From positions 416,001 to 480,000 of the forward strand of contig CAVSFC010000002.1 of NCBI GenBank assembly GCA_963727255.1: 64,000 bases of DNA, read 5' to 3'. The notes under the pieces were generated by a model that was given only the letters and a program-made list of their open reading frames with translations, searched no databases and was not told the origin of the DNA. The translations under genes and the position numbers were made by a program. Positions 63,083 through 64,000 of the stretch are shown one piece after another. Position 1 is the first letter of the stretch, and each line of letters starts with the position of its first letter. The DNA comes from an uncultured bacterium (GTDB taxonomy: Bacteria > Babelota > Babeliae > Babelales > Vermiphilaceae).

Positions 63083-63949
63083 ATGAAGAAGCCAAAATAT
63101 CTCGATATAGTGCTATTATTGGGTTTTTTGTTATTACTGAGCGCGGGTGTTAGTCTACTGGCCAAAACAGAAAATTCGCATCTTGTGCCAACAGAATCAG
63201 ATAAAACTGTTTTGAACCAAATTTCGCCTTTGTTAATGGCTCGCAATGTCAAAAAAATAGCAGAGTTTATTTCACACCTGCAGCAGCCGCAGCAATTACG
63301 AATAATGAATCAGCTTCTTGATGATCAAAAAAATCCCTTAGAAGTGACCGATAAAATTAGATTATTATTAGAACTTGCGCGTAAAACTGGAAGCCAGGAT
63401 TATAGAATTGCGCTTTATAATGCCTTGATTGTGAATGAGCAGGTTGCCCAACAAAAACCGTTACTTTTTATCGCAGCCGAGGGCAATTATGAGGATCTTC
63501 TTGTAAGTATAGCAGATTGGCTCTCGCAGCATACGGACGTTTTTAGCGATTGGTTTTATAAAGGAGTTCTTGAGGCAATCAAAGAAAATAAGCCGGAAAT
63601 CGCCAACAAATTATTATCACGATTTCTCACAATTCCGCCTGAGCTGGCAACCAAATTGCTTTGGGAAGTGATTAAAGGGAAAAAGAGTGCCGAGTTTATT
63701 GCACCGCTGGTCAAAAAAGGAGCAAATGTAAATGATGCATTGCAAGGGCGCACTCCTTTAATTGCGGCGGTGGAATTAGATCAAGAACCTCTTGTTGCTG
63801 AATTGCTTAAAAATGGTGCCGAAAAAACAATAAACACCTTTGTGGATCCGGCCGTTGGCACCGCATTGCAAGTTGCTTTGCAAAATCAAAAAAAGACAAA
63901 AGATTCAAGAATTGAAGAATTATTGCGGAGCAAAGGCGCTCACGAATAA
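63083..63949 (+). CDS. Ankyrin-repeat protein with N-terminal signal/anchor
   Basis: LVKKGANVN..GRTPLIAAV..VAELLKNGA, GTALQVA, LLRSKGA. Confidence 0.88.
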   Translation: MKKPKYLDIVLLLGFLLLLSAGVSLLAKTENSHLVPTESDKTVLNQISPLLMARNVKKIAEFISHLQQPQQLRIMNQLLDDQKNPLEVTDKIRLLLELARKTGSQDYRIALYNALIVNEQVAQQKPLLFIAAEGNYEDLLVSIADWLSQHTDVFSDWFYKGVLEAIKENKPEIANKLLSRFLTIPPELATKLLWEVIKGKKSAEFIAPLVKKGANVNDALQGRTPLIAAVELDQEPLVAELLKNGAEKTINTFVDPAVGTALQVALQNQKKTKDSRIEELLRSKGAHE

Positions 63950-64000
63950 TTATTGCTGAACGAATGCGGCTTTAAAATAGAGCGGCTGTAGCTGAAAGCT

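Overview
AT-rich bacterial chromosomal window. Its content (ankyrin proteins, many signal-peptide orphan proteins, eukaryote-like RING, USP, F-box-like and Skp1/BTB-like domains, T2SS/T4P parts) best fits an intracellular protist parasite such as Ca. Dependentiae (TM6/Babelota); this assignment is inference. Housekeeping genes include a GspE/PilB-type ATPase, RluA-family synthase, mgtE, arfB, mgtA, mntH, rarA, mutL, prmC, ftsY, rnhB, rpsF, rpsR, typA, truA, gpmI, rsmE, tRNA-Lys and tRNA-Glu. Many genes between about 0.6-11 kb and 22.8-46.4 kb carry small indels, probably long-read sequencing errors, so their coordinates are approximate reconstructions. Four observations stand out. (1) An apparent operon of exported proteins: two Skp1/BTB-like proteins, a signal-peptide ATPase with three tandem AAA+ modules and three Zn-finger paralogs, with an F-box-like ankyrin, a RING-H2 and a USP deubiquitinase elsewhere in the window. 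(2) About 21 exported proteins whose signal peptide is followed by a second Met, mostly M-E/D/Q/N. (3) A family of ~30-bp palindromic repeats that inserts in frame into genes, into itself and into two kinds of MITE. (4) A GIY-YIG nuclease gene bracketed by inverted REP-like repeats that have related gene-less copies nearby. No CRISPR array, rRNA or intact transposase was seen.
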